The notes beneath the pieces were generated by a model. That model did not search any database, was not told where the DNA came from, and saw nothing but the letters and a program-made list of their open reading frames with translations. From an uncultured Clostridia bacterium (GTDB taxonomy: Bacteria > Bacillota > Clostridia > Christensenellales > UBA1242), in NCBI GenBank assembly GCA_944383945.1, contig CALWRL010000001.1:1-32545 (forward strand): DNA of 32,545 nucleotides, written 5' to 3'. This document shows, in pieces, positions 17,283-26,411 of the stretch. How positions within the stretch are numbered: the first letter of the stretch is position 1; each line of letters opens with the position of its first letter. Position numbers and translations under genes: made by a program.

Positions 17283-18209
17283 TTATTTTTTGTTAATTAA
17301 TGTTAAATCTTTTAAGGTTAGAGTTTTTTTGTTAATGAGTTGAATCAGCTCATTTATTCTGTCTAAATCATCTTTGCTGTAATAATCAATGTATATTCTA
17401 CCCTTATTGTCGTTTCCTATTGCCGAAACTTTTGTTGCAAATGTTTTTTGCATATCTTCAATCATTGCTTTTAATTCTATGCTTTGTTCGGCTTTAGGTC
17501 TTTCTTTTGAAGGATTTAAAATGTTTTTTACCAACTTTTCTAAATCTCTAACAGAAAGTTTTTTTGCAACAGCAGCTTGCGCGACTTTTGTTTGATCTAA
17601 AGAGCTTTGCAGTGGTATTAAGCACCTAGCATGACCAGCACTTAATTTATTGCTTTCTATCATGTCAACAACATCTGCAGGCAAAGTTAAAAGCCTTAAA
17701 GTGTTTGCAATAGCCGGTCTACTTTTTCCTATTCTATCCGCAACTGCTTCTTGTGTTAAATCATACTCTTCCATTAATTGTTTTATTGCTTTTGCCGCTT
17801 CTATTGGATTTAAATCTTCTCTTTGAAGATTTTCAATAATAGCAATTTCTTTTATTTGTTTTGGCGTATAATTTCTGATGAATGCCGGCACTTGTAAAAG
17901 GCCTGCCATTTTTGCCGCACGCCATCTTCTTTCCCTGGCAATTATCATATATTTACCATCTTCAGCCTTATTTAACACAATAGGTTGAATGATTCCGTGT
18001 GTTTTAATTGAAGTTGCCAATTCCTTCAAAGCAGTTTCATCAAATCTTTTTCTTGGCTGATTTGGATTTGCATATATTAAGGAAATGTCTATTCCCTCAA
18101 CTCCGCCATCCGTTTTTGTTTCACGTGAAACATTTTCATTTTCGCTTTCTTCTTCATCATAGATTGAAAGCAATGCATTTAACCCTTTGCCTAAACCTTT
18201 TTTAATCAT
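17283..18209 (-). CDS. parB: Chromosome partitioning protein ParB/Spo0J
   Basis: N-terminal KGLGKGLNAL, then NPNQPRK, IIARERRWRAAKMAG (box II with G->R) and an HTH (LTQEAVADRIGKSRPAIANTLRLL). Confidence 0.95.
   Translation of the reverse strand: MIKKGLGKGLNALLSIYDEEESENENVSRETKTDGGVEGIDISLIYANPNQPRKRFDETALKELATSIKTHGIIQPIVLNKAEDGKYMIIARERRWRAAKMAGLLQVPAFIRNYTPKQIKEIAIIENLQREDLNPIEAAKAIKQLMEEYDLTQEAVADRIGKSRPAIANTLRLLTLPADVVDMIESNKLSAGHARCLIPLQSSLDQTKVAQAAVAKKLSVRDLEKLVKNILNPSKERPKAEQSIELKAMIEDMQKTFATKVSAIGNDNKGRIYIDYYSKDDLDRINELIQLINKKTLTLKDLTLINKK
18117..18132. promoter_or_regulatory. parS: Second parS site (perfect TGTTTCACGTGAAACA) inside the 5' part of parB
   Basis: Identical 16-mer encoding residues N-V-S-R-E-T (codons 26-31) of ParB. 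Confidence 0.85.
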
Positions 18210-19020
18210 TTGTTTCTTCCACTCCTTTTATTTTTGTTGTTATTTTATCGTATTTATCGTTGTTTCTCTTTAAAAATTCTTCTGCAAGATCTAAATACGC
18301 CTTTGCACCCTTAGAAGAAGCATCGTACATTCCTATAGGAGTTCCATGGCTTGGAGCTTCTGCAAGCCTTATATTTCTTGGAATTGTTGTTTCAAAAACT
18401 TTTTTGCCGAAGAACACCTTAATTTCTTCACTTACTTGACTAATCAAATTACTTCTTGAGTCTTTCATTGTTAAAACAACACCTTCAATATCTAGGCTAG
18501 GATTAAGATGCTTTTTAACAAGCTTAATAGTGTTCATTAGTTGGGTCAATCCCTCTAATGCATAAAACTCACATTGAATTGGAATGACAATAGAGTTTGA
18601 TGTAGTTAAAGCATTAACGGTTAACAAACCCAGCGAAGGAGGGCAGTCAATAAAAATATAATCATATTTATCTTTTATTCTCGAAAGCCTGTTTTTGATA
18701 ACGTTTTCTCTGTTTGGCATTTGAACAAGATCAATTTCAGCCCCTGCCAAATCAATTGTTGCAGGTATAAAGTCTAAATTTGCAATCTCCGTTGGAACTA
18801 TAACTTCATCAATAATTGCATCTCCATCAATTACATTGTAAATTGTTTTTGTGTTAGACGTTTTTTGAACACCAACACCGCTTGTAGCATTACCTTGTGG
18901 GTCCAAATCGATAAGAAGTGCTTTTTTCCCCATTGCAGCAACATAAGCGGCCATGTTAACACACGTTGTTGTTTTCCCAACGCCACCTTTTTGGTTGGCA
19001 AACGCAATAATTTTTCCCAT
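18202..19020 (-). CDS. parA: Chromosome partitioning ATPase ParA/Soj
   Basis: Deviant Walker A NQKGGVGKTTT. 8-nt overlap with parB. AAGGAG SD. Confidence 0.95.
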   Translation of the reverse strand: MGKIIAFANQKGGVGKTTTCVNMAAYVAAMGKKALLIDLDPQGNATSGVGVQKTSNTKTIYNVIDGDAIIDEVIVPTEIANLDFIPATIDLAGAEIDLVQMPNRENVIKNRLSRIKDKYDYIFIDCPPSLGLLTVNALTTSNSIVIPIQCEFYALEGLTQLMNTIKLVKKHLNPSLDIEGVVLTMKDSRSNLISQVSEEIKVFFGKKVFETTIPRNIRLAEAPSHGTPIGMYDASSKGAKAYLDLAEEFLKRNNDKYDKITTKIKGVEETND

Positions 19021-19065
19021 GTTATTTCTCCTTTATATATTATATATATACTTATATCAGATATA

Positions 19066-19092
19066 ATAAAAAAACGCAATAATATTGCGTTA
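19066..19092 (-). terminator. Terminator after rsmG (hairpin with flanking A/T runs)
   Basis: aacgcaata (19073-19081) pairs with tattgcgtt (19083-19091). On the minus strand a T-run follows. Confidence 0.6.
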
Positions 19093-19099
19093 TTTTTTT

Positions 19100-19798
19100 T
19101 TACAAAGGCTCTTTTCTTGGCTTATTGTTGCGCCTTGGAAACTGATTATTTGTGCGTTCTATTTTTCTGAAAACAAGCAGATGGTTTGCATGAGCTTGAA
19201 TTTGATATTCATAATCATTAATTAACTCTAAGTTGAGAACTTTAATTGCATTTTGTGCAAGTTTGATTTCTTCGCTCGCAGAACTTCCCTTATAGGCAAT
19301 TATTAATCCGTTCTTTTTTACAAGCGGAGCAGTGTACTCTAAAAGAGTTCTTAGCTCAGCAACCGCCCTTGCCACACAAACATCAAAATTTTCCCTATAA
19401 AGCTCATTCCTAGCAAAGTCTTCAACTCTTGCATGTTCTGCCTTGATTTGTTTTAAATTTAAATTTTTTATTGTTTGGTTTAAAAAGTCAACTTTTTTGT
19501 TCACACTATCAACCAAAACAAATGAAAGATCTGGGCGCATAATTTTTAATGGAATTGAAGGAAACCCTCCTCCTGCGCCGATGTCTGCAACTTTTAAATT
19601 TTTATCAATAAATATAGACGCAGTTATTGAATCTAAAATATGCTTTTCTGCAAAATCATAATCGTTGGTTATTCTTGTGAGATTAAAATGCTTGTTGGCA
19701 TCAACAAGTTGCGCATTAAATTCCGCCAACTGATTAATTTGGCTTTGAGTGTAGTTAATATTATTTTCTTTTAAAACTTTTTCTAATATCTCTTTCAT
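19100..19798 (-). CDS. rsmG: 16S rRNA (guanine527-N7)-methyltransferase
   Basis: GidB family: DIGAGGGFPSIPLKI and VARAVA. ATGA overlap with mnmG. Confidence 0.9.
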   Translation of the reverse strand: MKEILEKVLKENNINYTQSQINQLAEFNAQLVDANKHFNLTRITNDYDFAEKHILDSITASIFIDKNLKVADIGAGGGFPSIPLKIMRPDLSFVLVDSVNKKVDFLNQTIKNLNLKQIKAEHARVEDFARNELYRENFDVCVARAVAELRTLLEYTAPLVKKNGLIIAYKGSSASEEIKLAQNAIKVLNLELINDYEYQIQAHANHLLVFRKIERTNNQFPRRNNKPRKEPL

Positions 19799-21648
19799 TT
19801 TTTTGCCTTTAAAAATATTGATAAAACTGTAATATCCGCAGGTGAAACTCCCGATATTCTTGAAGCTTGGCCAAGAGTTTCTGGTCTAACTTTATTTAAT
19901 TTTTGTTGCGCCTCTATTCTTAACCCTTTAATTTTAGAATAGTCTTCGATTTCAGCCAGCGACACTTGCTCCTGTTTTTTTAATTTTTCTATTTCATCAT
20001 TTTGTTGTTTTATATATCCACTGTATTTAATTTCTGTGTTCAGCGTTTCCATTAATCTATATTCAGAATTATCAAACAAACCGTACTCTTCATTTAATTT
20101 GAAGATATCTATATTATTTCGTTTTAGTAAATCAATTGCCTTTATAGAATTTTTAGGGATTGGCTCTTCATTTTTTTCAAGAAACGTTTTTAACCTATCA
20201 TCTAATTTTATTAATGTTTCTAATTTGTTTCTCATTTGATTTAACAACGCCTGTTTACTTTTATATATTTCGTATCTTTCATTTGAAACCAAACCAAGTT
20301 GTTTTCCAAGCTCTGTTAATCTGGAATCTGCGTTATCTTGCCTTAAAACCAGCCTAAATTCAGCTCGGCTGGTCATCATTCTGTATGGTTCATTAGTTCC
20401 TTTTGTAACCAAGTCATCAATTAAAACGCCAATATATGCTTCATTCCTTTTAAGAACAAAAGGTGCTTTATTATCCATTTTTAAGCTTGCGTTTATTCCC
20501 GCAATAAGACCTTGAGCCGCCGCCTCTTCGTATCCGCTGGTTCCGTTAACTTGGCCTGCAAAAAACATTCCACTAATCGCTTTACTTTCCAACCAAGGAG
20601 TTAACTCCAAGCTGTCTATACAATCATATTCAATTGCATATGCATTTCTCATTATTTGAGCATTTTCTAAACCTTGAATAGAGGCATACATTTCATTTTG
20701 AACATCTGCTGGAAGCGATGTACTAACACCTTGAATATATATTTCATTGGTGCTTAAAGATTCAGGCTCTAAAAAAATTTGATGACGCTCTCTATTTGGA
20801 AAACGAACAATTTTATCTTCAATTGAAGGGCAGTATCTTGGTCCAACACCTTTAATTTCTCCGCTAAACATAGGGGCGCGCTTTAAATTTTTTAAAATTA
20901 TTTCATGCGTTTTTAAGTTTGTGCTTGTTTCGTAGCAACATGCAACATTTTTATTTTGATTTTTTGACAATGGCGAAAAGCCTATATTGTCTTTTCCCTC
21001 TTGAACTTGCAATTTTTTAAAATCTATAGTTCTCCCATTTATTCTTGCAGGAGTTCCCGTTTTAAATCTTCTTATTGTAAATCCTAAATCTATAAGATTT
21101 TGCGTTAAGGAATTGGCGCTAGCAAATCCATTAGGCCCAACATTTTGGCTAAACTCGCCAATTATTATTCTACTTTTCAAATAAACACCTGTTGAAACGA
21201 TTACAGTTTTACATGAGAATATTTCACCCAGAGCAGTTTTAACTCCAACAACTTTTTTATCTTCAACTATAACTTCAACTATCTCGGCTTGTTTTAGATA
21301 TATATTCTCATTATCTTCTAAAACCTTTTTCATTCTATTGTGATATGCATTTTTATCAACTTGCGCACGCAAACTATGAACTGCAGGACCTTTGCCTTCG
21401 TTCAACATTCTAATTTGAATGGCAGTTTCATCTGCGTTTATTCCCATTTCTCCGCCAAGAGCATCTATTTCGCAAACTAAATGTCCTTTTGCAGTTCCAC
21501 CAATTGAAGGGTTGCATGCCAAAAAAGCAACCGAGTCTAAATTTAAACAGGTTATTAAAACTTTCTTATTTAGTCGCGCAAGAGCAAGGGCTGCTTCACA
21601 ACCAGCATGACCTGCGCCAACAACTACACAATCAAACTCTTTTTCCAT
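19795..21648 (-). CDS. mnmG: tRNA uridine 5-carboxymethylaminomethyl modification enzyme MnmG (GidA)
   Basis: FAD motif VVGAGHAGCEAA, plus GPRYCPSIEDK and FFAGQVNGTSGYEEAAAQG. Confidence 0.95.
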   Translation of the reverse strand: MEKEFDCVVVGAGHAGCEAALALARLNKKVLITCLNLDSVAFLACNPSIGGTAKGHLVCEIDALGGEMGINADETAIQIRMLNEGKGPAVHSLRAQVDKNAYHNRMKKVLEDNENIYLKQAEIVEVIVEDKKVVGVKTALGEIFSCKTVIVSTGVYLKSRIIIGEFSQNVGPNGFASANSLTQNLIDLGFTIRRFKTGTPARINGRTIDFKKLQVQEGKDNIGFSPLSKNQNKNVACCYETSTNLKTHEIILKNLKRAPMFSGEIKGVGPRYCPSIEDKIVRFPNRERHQIFLEPESLSTNEIYIQGVSTSLPADVQNEMYASIQGLENAQIMRNAYAIEYDCIDSLELTPWLESKAISGMFFAGQVNGTSGYEEAAAQGLIAGINASLKMDNKAPFVLKRNEAYIGVLIDDLVTKGTNEPYRMMTSRAEFRLVLRQDNADSRLTELGKQLGLVSNERYEIYKSKQALLNQMRNKLETLIKLDDRLKTFLEKNEEPIPKNSIKAIDLLKRNNIDIFKLNEEYGLFDNSEYRLMETLNTEIKYSGYIKQQNDEIEKLKKQEQVSLAEIEDYSKIKGLRIEAQQKLNKVRPETLGQASRISGVSPADITVLSIFLKAKK

Positions 21649-21649
21649 C

Positions 21650-22990
21650 TTATTTCCCTAAACAAAACCTAGAAAAAATTTCATTTATTATTTCTTCAGT
21701 TTCGCATTCTCCTGTTATTTTGCCAAGTTCTTGCCAAATTTTTTTAATTTCAAAAGCAAGAATATCTAAGCTTAAATTGCTTATTTCGTTTAAAGCATTG
21801 TCTGCAAGTTCTTTTGCTTTAACAAGAATATTTTTGTGTCTCATATTTGTTAAAACAATTTTTGACAAATCTATGTTATTTGAAATTGCTTTTTTATATA
21901 TTCTGTCCAAAACTGCATTGATGTTTTCATCATTTTTTGCACTTATAGCTAAAGTTTCGTAGTTTTTTATTACCTTTTCTTTTGCTATATCTTTTTTATT
22001 TAAAACAACTATAGTTTTGTCTTTTTCCAGTGAATTTAAAAGCCTTATTTCTTCATCGTTCATGTCCCTAGATAAGTCTACAACAAATAGAATTAAATCG
22101 GCTAATTCAATTTCTTTTTTAGCTTTTTCAATTCCAATTTTTTCGATTTCGTCGCCTTGATTTCTAATTCCCGCCGTGTCTGTGAAATTAAATTTTATGC
22201 CTTTATAAATAATTGTTTCACAAATTGTATCTCTTGTTGTTCCCGCAACCGAACTAACAATTGCTCTTTCTTTTCCCAAAATAGAATTTAACAAACTAGA
22301 TTTTCCAACATTTGGACTTCCAACAATCGCAATATTAACGCCAGACTTTAATCTTTCACCACTGTTAGAATTTGTTATCAACTCATGTAATTTGTTCGAA
22401 ATTTCTTTTAAAGCTTCTTTTGCTTGATTTGTTGTTATTAACTCTTCATCATGTTCGGGATAATCCAACGCAACCTCAATTCTTGCTAAAATATTTTTTA
22501 ACATGTTTTGAAATTCCACTATTTGTTTATTAAATCTTCCGCTTGATAAGTTGTATGCACTTTTAAGCTCTGCCTGACTTTCTGCGTTTATAACATCTAT
22601 TATTCCCTCTGCTTCATCAAGCGAAATTTTCCCGTTAAAAAAGGCTCTTTTTGTAAATTCCCCTGGTGATGCAAGAGAGCAGTTTCCAGCTATTATTTCA
22701 AGAACTTTTTTTGCCAAGTATTCGCCGCCGTGAATTTGAAACTCAACAATGTCTTCTCCTGTATATGAATAAGGTGCCTTAAAATACACCATCATGCATT
22801 TTTCTTCTATGTCTTGGTTGGAAAAAACTCCTAAATACATCTTTCTAGGCTCAATAAAATTATAATCAAGCGACTTGCTAACAAAATATTTTTTTGCTAT
22901 TTCTAAGCTTTTATCTCCGCTAATTCTTATTATACTGATTGCACTATTGCCAAGCGGGGTAGATATTGCGCAAATTGTTTTTTCTTCCAT
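21650..22990 (-). CDS. mnmE: tRNA modification GTPase MnmE (TrmE)
   Basis: G-domain GSPNVGKSSLLN and DTAG, with the C-terminal FCLGK. AGGAAG SD directly after the upstream stop. Confidence 0.95.
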   Translation of the reverse strand: MEEKTICAISTPLGNSAISIIRISGDKSLEIAKKYFVSKSLDYNFIEPRKMYLGVFSNQDIEEKCMMVYFKAPYSYTGEDIVEFQIHGGEYLAKKVLEIIAGNCSLASPGEFTKRAFFNGKISLDEAEGIIDVINAESQAELKSAYNLSSGRFNKQIVEFQNMLKNILARIEVALDYPEHDEELITTNQAKEALKEISNKLHELITNSNSGERLKSGVNIAIVGSPNVGKSSLLNSILGKERAIVSSVAGTTRDTICETIIYKGIKFNFTDTAGIRNQGDEIEKIGIEKAKKEIELADLILFVVDLSRDMNDEEIRLLNSLEKDKTIVVLNKKDIAKEKVIKNYETLAISAKNDENINAVLDRIYKKAISNNIDLSKIVLTNMRHKNILVKAKELADNALNEISNLSLDILAFEIKKIWQELGKITGECETEEIINEIFSRFCLGK

Positions 22991-23000
22991 TTTACTTCCT

Positions 23001-24689
23001 TTATTTTACAACAATCAACAACGACTTTGTTATTCCATATTCTTCGTTTGTGAATGTAAACAAATATTCCCCTTTTTCCTGAAATTTAATAAAAACTCTA
23101 CCGTATGCCAATTTATCGTAAATAACATTTTCGTTTTCGCATGCAACATTAAAAATTATGTTGTTATCAACTTCATTGTTGACAAACAACTTTAAATATA
23201 AGTTAAACGATGTTTTGTTTGTTTCATAAACATCGCCTATAATCTCCGAATTTAAATCACTAACTTGCTCATATATTTTTATTTGATATGTTTGTTCTAT
23301 AACATTTACAGAAAATTGTGTTATTTCTTGGTTTTCAAATTTAACAATAAATGATGACGTTCCTTTGTTCTTTGCAACAAAATCAATTATATAGTTTTCG
23401 CCATCTTCTTTAATTTCTAAGGAAACAGAAATGCCCTGAATTGGCAAAATTTCAAAATCAATTGTGCTGTAAATTGGAAATTTTGACAAAACAACCCTTT
23501 TTATTCCATTTTCCAAATTAATTTCAATGCTTCCAATCCCTTTTAAGAAAGCAATAAACTCATCGTTACTAAAAGAAAGTTCTTGTTGTTCTGTTTTTAA
23601 ATTAACTCTTTCAGCTTTAACTTCTTTAATTAAAATTGTAAGATTTTCAATAACACCCGATCCATCTTTTGCTTGAATTGTTAATGTTGCAATTCCAGTT
23701 TGGTTTGCTTTTATAGAATATCCATCATCTGTTTCTTCAATTTTTAACAAAGAAGAATTGCTTGTAATTGAAAAAATGTTCTTGTCTATTTGGATATCGT
23801 AAAATGTGTAATAACCATCTAAGTTCATTTGCTCTTCAAAATTTGGAACGCTTGAATAAAGAACATAACTATCTGTTTCTAATATCGGCGAATTACCCTG
23901 GCTTGAAATAGTGTAGTTTATTTCTTTAACATATTGTCTGGCTGCAAATGCTTTTTCGCAAATTGTTGGTTCTTTATAATTAAAAAAATTGTTTTTAACT
24001 TCAATTTGCAAGCTTGCAGCATCCCCCTCAGTTACATAAAATAAAAACGAAACCCAACTTCCGCCATTTTCTTGCTTTAAAATTTTTAAAGAGTTTTCCA
24101 CAATTTTTATATTATCAGATTTATTAACAACTAGTTCACTATCCGACAACATTCGACATGATTTTACAGTTGCTTCGTAAATTTGATATGTTCCGTCTGC
24201 TTTTGTTCCTGCCATTAAATTGTTTATTTCGTTAGAACCGTTAATCAATATTTCTAATTCTTTATCATATGAAACAACCATTATGTTGTAAATTTTAATT
24301 GTAACTTTTTTACTTTCTTTTGCAGATACTTTAAGTTTTGTTTCTCCTAAAGATAGAGGAGTTAAAATTTTCGATCCATCATCAATGTAATTTTCAAGTT
24401 TAATAATGTTTTCATCAAAAATTTCTAAATCAATTTCACCTTCTTTAAAAGGAATTTTGAAAACAAACCCGTCATTGTTTAAAGCAAGAACAACATTTTC
24501 TTCCTTTTCATAAATTTCTTCAATTTCTTCAAGCCCACTTCCATCGCCTGGCTTAATTTCAGATTCCGTTTTATCGTTTTCAGCAGAAGATATATTGCCA
24601 TCGAAAAAAATAAAATGAAACAAAACTGCCAACCCAAGAATTAGCAAACTTGTTATTACTAAAATTAATAATTTTTTTCTTTTAATCAT
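23001..24689 (-). CDS. Membrane-anchored or secreted protein with bacterial Ig-like (Big_2-type) repeats
   Basis: N-terminal KRKK followed by a hydrophobic helix (LLILVITSLLILGLAVLF). Big_2-like strands include GETKLKVSAKE..VTIKIYN and TGIATLTIQAKDGSGVIENLTILIKEV. It ends 10 nt before mnmE. Confidence 0.75.
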   Translation of the reverse strand: MIKRKKLLILVITSLLILGLAVLFHFIFFDGNISSAENDKTESEIKPGDGSGLEEIEEIYEKEENVVLALNNDGFVFKIPFKEGEIDLEIFDENIIKLENYIDDGSKILTPLSLGETKLKVSAKESKKVTIKIYNIMVVSYDKELEILINGSNEINNLMAGTKADGTYQIYEATVKSCRMLSDSELVVNKSDNIKIVENSLKILKQENGGSWVSFLFYVTEGDAASLQIEVKNNFFNYKEPTICEKAFAARQYVKEINYTISSQGNSPILETDSYVLYSSVPNFEEQMNLDGYYTFYDIQIDKNIFSITSNSSLLKIEETDDGYSIKANQTGIATLTIQAKDGSGVIENLTILIKEVKAERVNLKTEQQELSFSNDEFIAFLKGIGSIEINLENGIKRVVLSKFPIYSTIDFEILPIQGISVSLEIKEDGENYIIDFVAKNKGTSSFIVKFENQEITQFSVNVIEQTYQIKIYEQVSDLNSEIIGDVYETNKTSFNLYLKLFVNNEVDNNIIFNVACENENVIYDKLAYGRVFIKFQEKGEYLFTFTNEEYGITKSLLIVVK

Positions 24690-24696
24690 CTTTATG

Positions 24697-24724
24697 ATTA
24701 TAACAATATTTCGACAAATTTCAA
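24697..24724 (-). promoter_or_regulatory. Extended -10 promoter abutting the start of the Ig-like protein gene, with a 0A-box heptamer in its spacer
   Basis: On the minus strand: TTGAAA (24719-24724), 16-nt spacer containing TGTCGAA (24710-24716), TGtTATAAT (24697-24705), then 7 nt (cataaag) to ATG 24689. No SD. Confidence 0.5.
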
Positions 24725-24774
24725 CCTATTTAGAAGTTTTTTTTAATTTTTAAATTGAAAATAACATATTAAAA

Positions 24775-24802
24775 TTGCATTTTATATACACTATCATAAA
24801 AT
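24775..24802 (+). promoter_or_regulatory. Candidate promoter for the membrane protein gene
   Basis: TTGCAT (24775-24780), 16-nt spacer, TAAAAT (24797-24802). Confidence 0.35.
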
Positions 24803-24840
24803 TAGTATAAAAATTTGAATTCTTGATTATCATTAATAAT

Positions 24841-25374
24841 ATGAGTAATTTAAAGAAGAACATAATATTTAGCTGTGTTGGTTTAGGCTTTGTTTTGGTT
24901 TTTGGAGCACTGTCACATTTCTTTTATGAGTGGAGCGGTTATAATGAAATTGTTGGATTTCTATTTCCAGCAAATGAAAGCACATGGGAACATCTAAAAC
25001 TTTCAATTTTTCCAACGTTTATATTTTTTATTTTTGGAAGTTTTTTTATGAAAAGCCCAAACTACATTTTTGCAATGTTTATCACATTGCTAACCCCAAT
25101 AATTTTAATTCCTTTAGTTTTTTATGGATACACAGCAATATCTGGTTCATCAATTCTTGTTGTTGATATAATAACATTTTTAATTTCCGTTTCAATTGCA
25201 TGGCTCTTTTGCTTTTTAATTCTTCAACAAAAAAAATTAAACAAGTGGTTTAACATTATCGGCATAATTGGAATTTTGATAATACTTGTTTGCTATTTAA
25301 CATTTACAATAAACCCTCCGCAAATTTTTCTTTTTAAAGACCCAATAACCGGAGGCTATGGCTTGAAATCTTAA
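24841..25374 (+). CDS. Polytopic membrane protein (resembles the DUF6512 family)
   Basis: About six hydrophobic helices. The motif HFFYEWSG...FPANESTWEHLKL matches what I recall of DUF6512. The start is uncertain (ATG 24841 or TTG 24823), and neither has a clear SD. Confidence 0.7.
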   Translation: MSNLKKNIIFSCVGLGFVLVFGALSHFFYEWSGYNEIVGFLFPANESTWEHLKLSIFPTFIFFIFGSFFMKSPNYIFAMFITLLTPIILIPLVFYGYTAISGSSILVVDIITFLISVSIAWLFCFLILQQKKLNKWFNIIGIIGILIILVCYLTFTINPPQIFLFKDPITGGYGLKS

Positions 25375-25388
25375 AAAAATGTTGCTGT

Positions 25389-25422
25389 AAAAAAATTAGC
25401 ATTTTGCAAAATGCTAATTTTA
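25389..25422. terminator. Bidirectional terminator between convergent genes
   Basis: ttagcatt (25396-25403) pairs with aatgctaa (25410-25417). An A-run lies upstream and a T-run downstream. Confidence 0.65.
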
Positions 25423-25482
25423 CTTTTATCTCTTAAATTTTGGTAAATTAATTTTAAACTTAACTTTTTTATATGAGATTTT

Positions 25483-26145
25483 TTAATTTTTATCTTTTCC
25501 TTTTACTTCCCCAATATATTTAGTTTTATATCCTTTGTTTTCTTTTGGACGCAAATCGTTAGGGTAGTAAATATCTGTTTTTATGTCATTAACTATTTTT
25601 TGCAAAATGTTAAGAATTCTATACGGATCTTCAATATCTAAAAGCACAGCCTTTTCTAGCTTGCTTGTTATATAAACATCTCCAACTTTAAACATTCTAT
25701 CAATCAAGCCAACTTTAACATTAACAGATTGAATATCTGCATAATATATATTTTTAATATCAATAATTATTCCCGTTCTAATTATAATTCTTTTGCTAGT
25801 TAAAGCATACTCTATATTTTTATATTGAGCAAATGCCGTTAAAACATTGCTTAGCCAAATCCAAAATGGTGCCAAATGAATTAAAAAGAATAACGCAAAA
25901 AAAACTATTAAATATGTACTTAGTTGATCCATCGTTCCTGTTGCTATCATTCCATAAATAAAGAAACCATCAAATAACACCCATAATAAAGCAAATGGAA
26001 GAAAATTAAAAATTTTTGAAAAAATAAAAGCAGATTTTTTTGGATTACCTTTCCATAAAACTTCTTCATCGTCATTTATCAAATCTTCAATTTTGTTGCA
26101 GTGCATCTCGTTTACTTTAAAATTTTTTTCACTATATTTTGCCAT
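25483..26145 (-). CDS. PH-domain (bPH_2 / YdbS-YdbT-like) membrane protein
   Basis: Two TM helices, then YALTSKRIIIRTG...IQSVNVKVGLIDRMFKVGDVYI, which is typical of bacterial pleckstrin-homology membrane proteins. Confidence 0.75.
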   Translation of the reverse strand: MAKYSEKNFKVNEMHCNKIEDLINDDEEVLWKGNPKKSAFIFSKIFNFLPFALLWVLFDGFFIYGMIATGTMDQLSTYLIVFFALFFLIHLAPFWIWLSNVLTAFAQYKNIEYALTSKRIIIRTGIIIDIKNIYYADIQSVNVKVGLIDRMFKVGDVYITSKLEKAVLLDIEDPYRILNILQKIVNDIKTDIYYPNDLRPKENKGYKTKYIGEVKGKDKN

Positions 26146-26162
26146 ATGCCACCTTTAAAAAT

Positions 26163-26192
26163 ATTTTAGCAAATATAAAACAAAAATGTCAA
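26163..26192 (-). promoter_or_regulatory. Sigma-A promoter for the PH-domain protein gene
   Basis: On the minus strand: TTGACA (26187-26192), 18-nt spacer, TAAAAT (26163-26168), then a leader with an AAGGTGG SD. Confidence 0.55.
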
Positions 26193-26226
26193 CAATCTAT
26201 AATATGTAATAAGAGAATTGCAATAC

Positions 26227-26253
26227 AAAAAAACAAGTTGGCATCCAACTTGG
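26227..26253 (-). terminator. Rho-independent terminator (minus strand) downstream of the S51 peptidase gene
   Basis: caagttgg (26234-26241) pairs with ccaacttg (26245-26252). On the minus strand a 7-T run follows. Confidence 0.65.
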
Positions 26254-26411
26254 TCTAATAAGGGAAACTGACATAAAAGTGAAACTTTAGTTTTTTGAAG
26301 TTAATCATTAAAAATCCTTATTTTATAAGGCTTTTTCACTCCTAAAAACGATTTTGAGTTCATTTCTTATCGCTATTTTAATAAATATTATTTTTACAAA
26401 ATTTTAAAAAA

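Noticed and set aside
26254-26330. Possible sRNA or 17-codon ORF between two hairpins downstream of the S51 peptidase gene
   Set aside because: The first hairpin (26316-26330) is a weak 6-bp A/T-rich stem. The mini-ORF has no SD and no promoter is evident. The simpler reading is a long 3' UTR ending at the strong terminator at 26227-26253.
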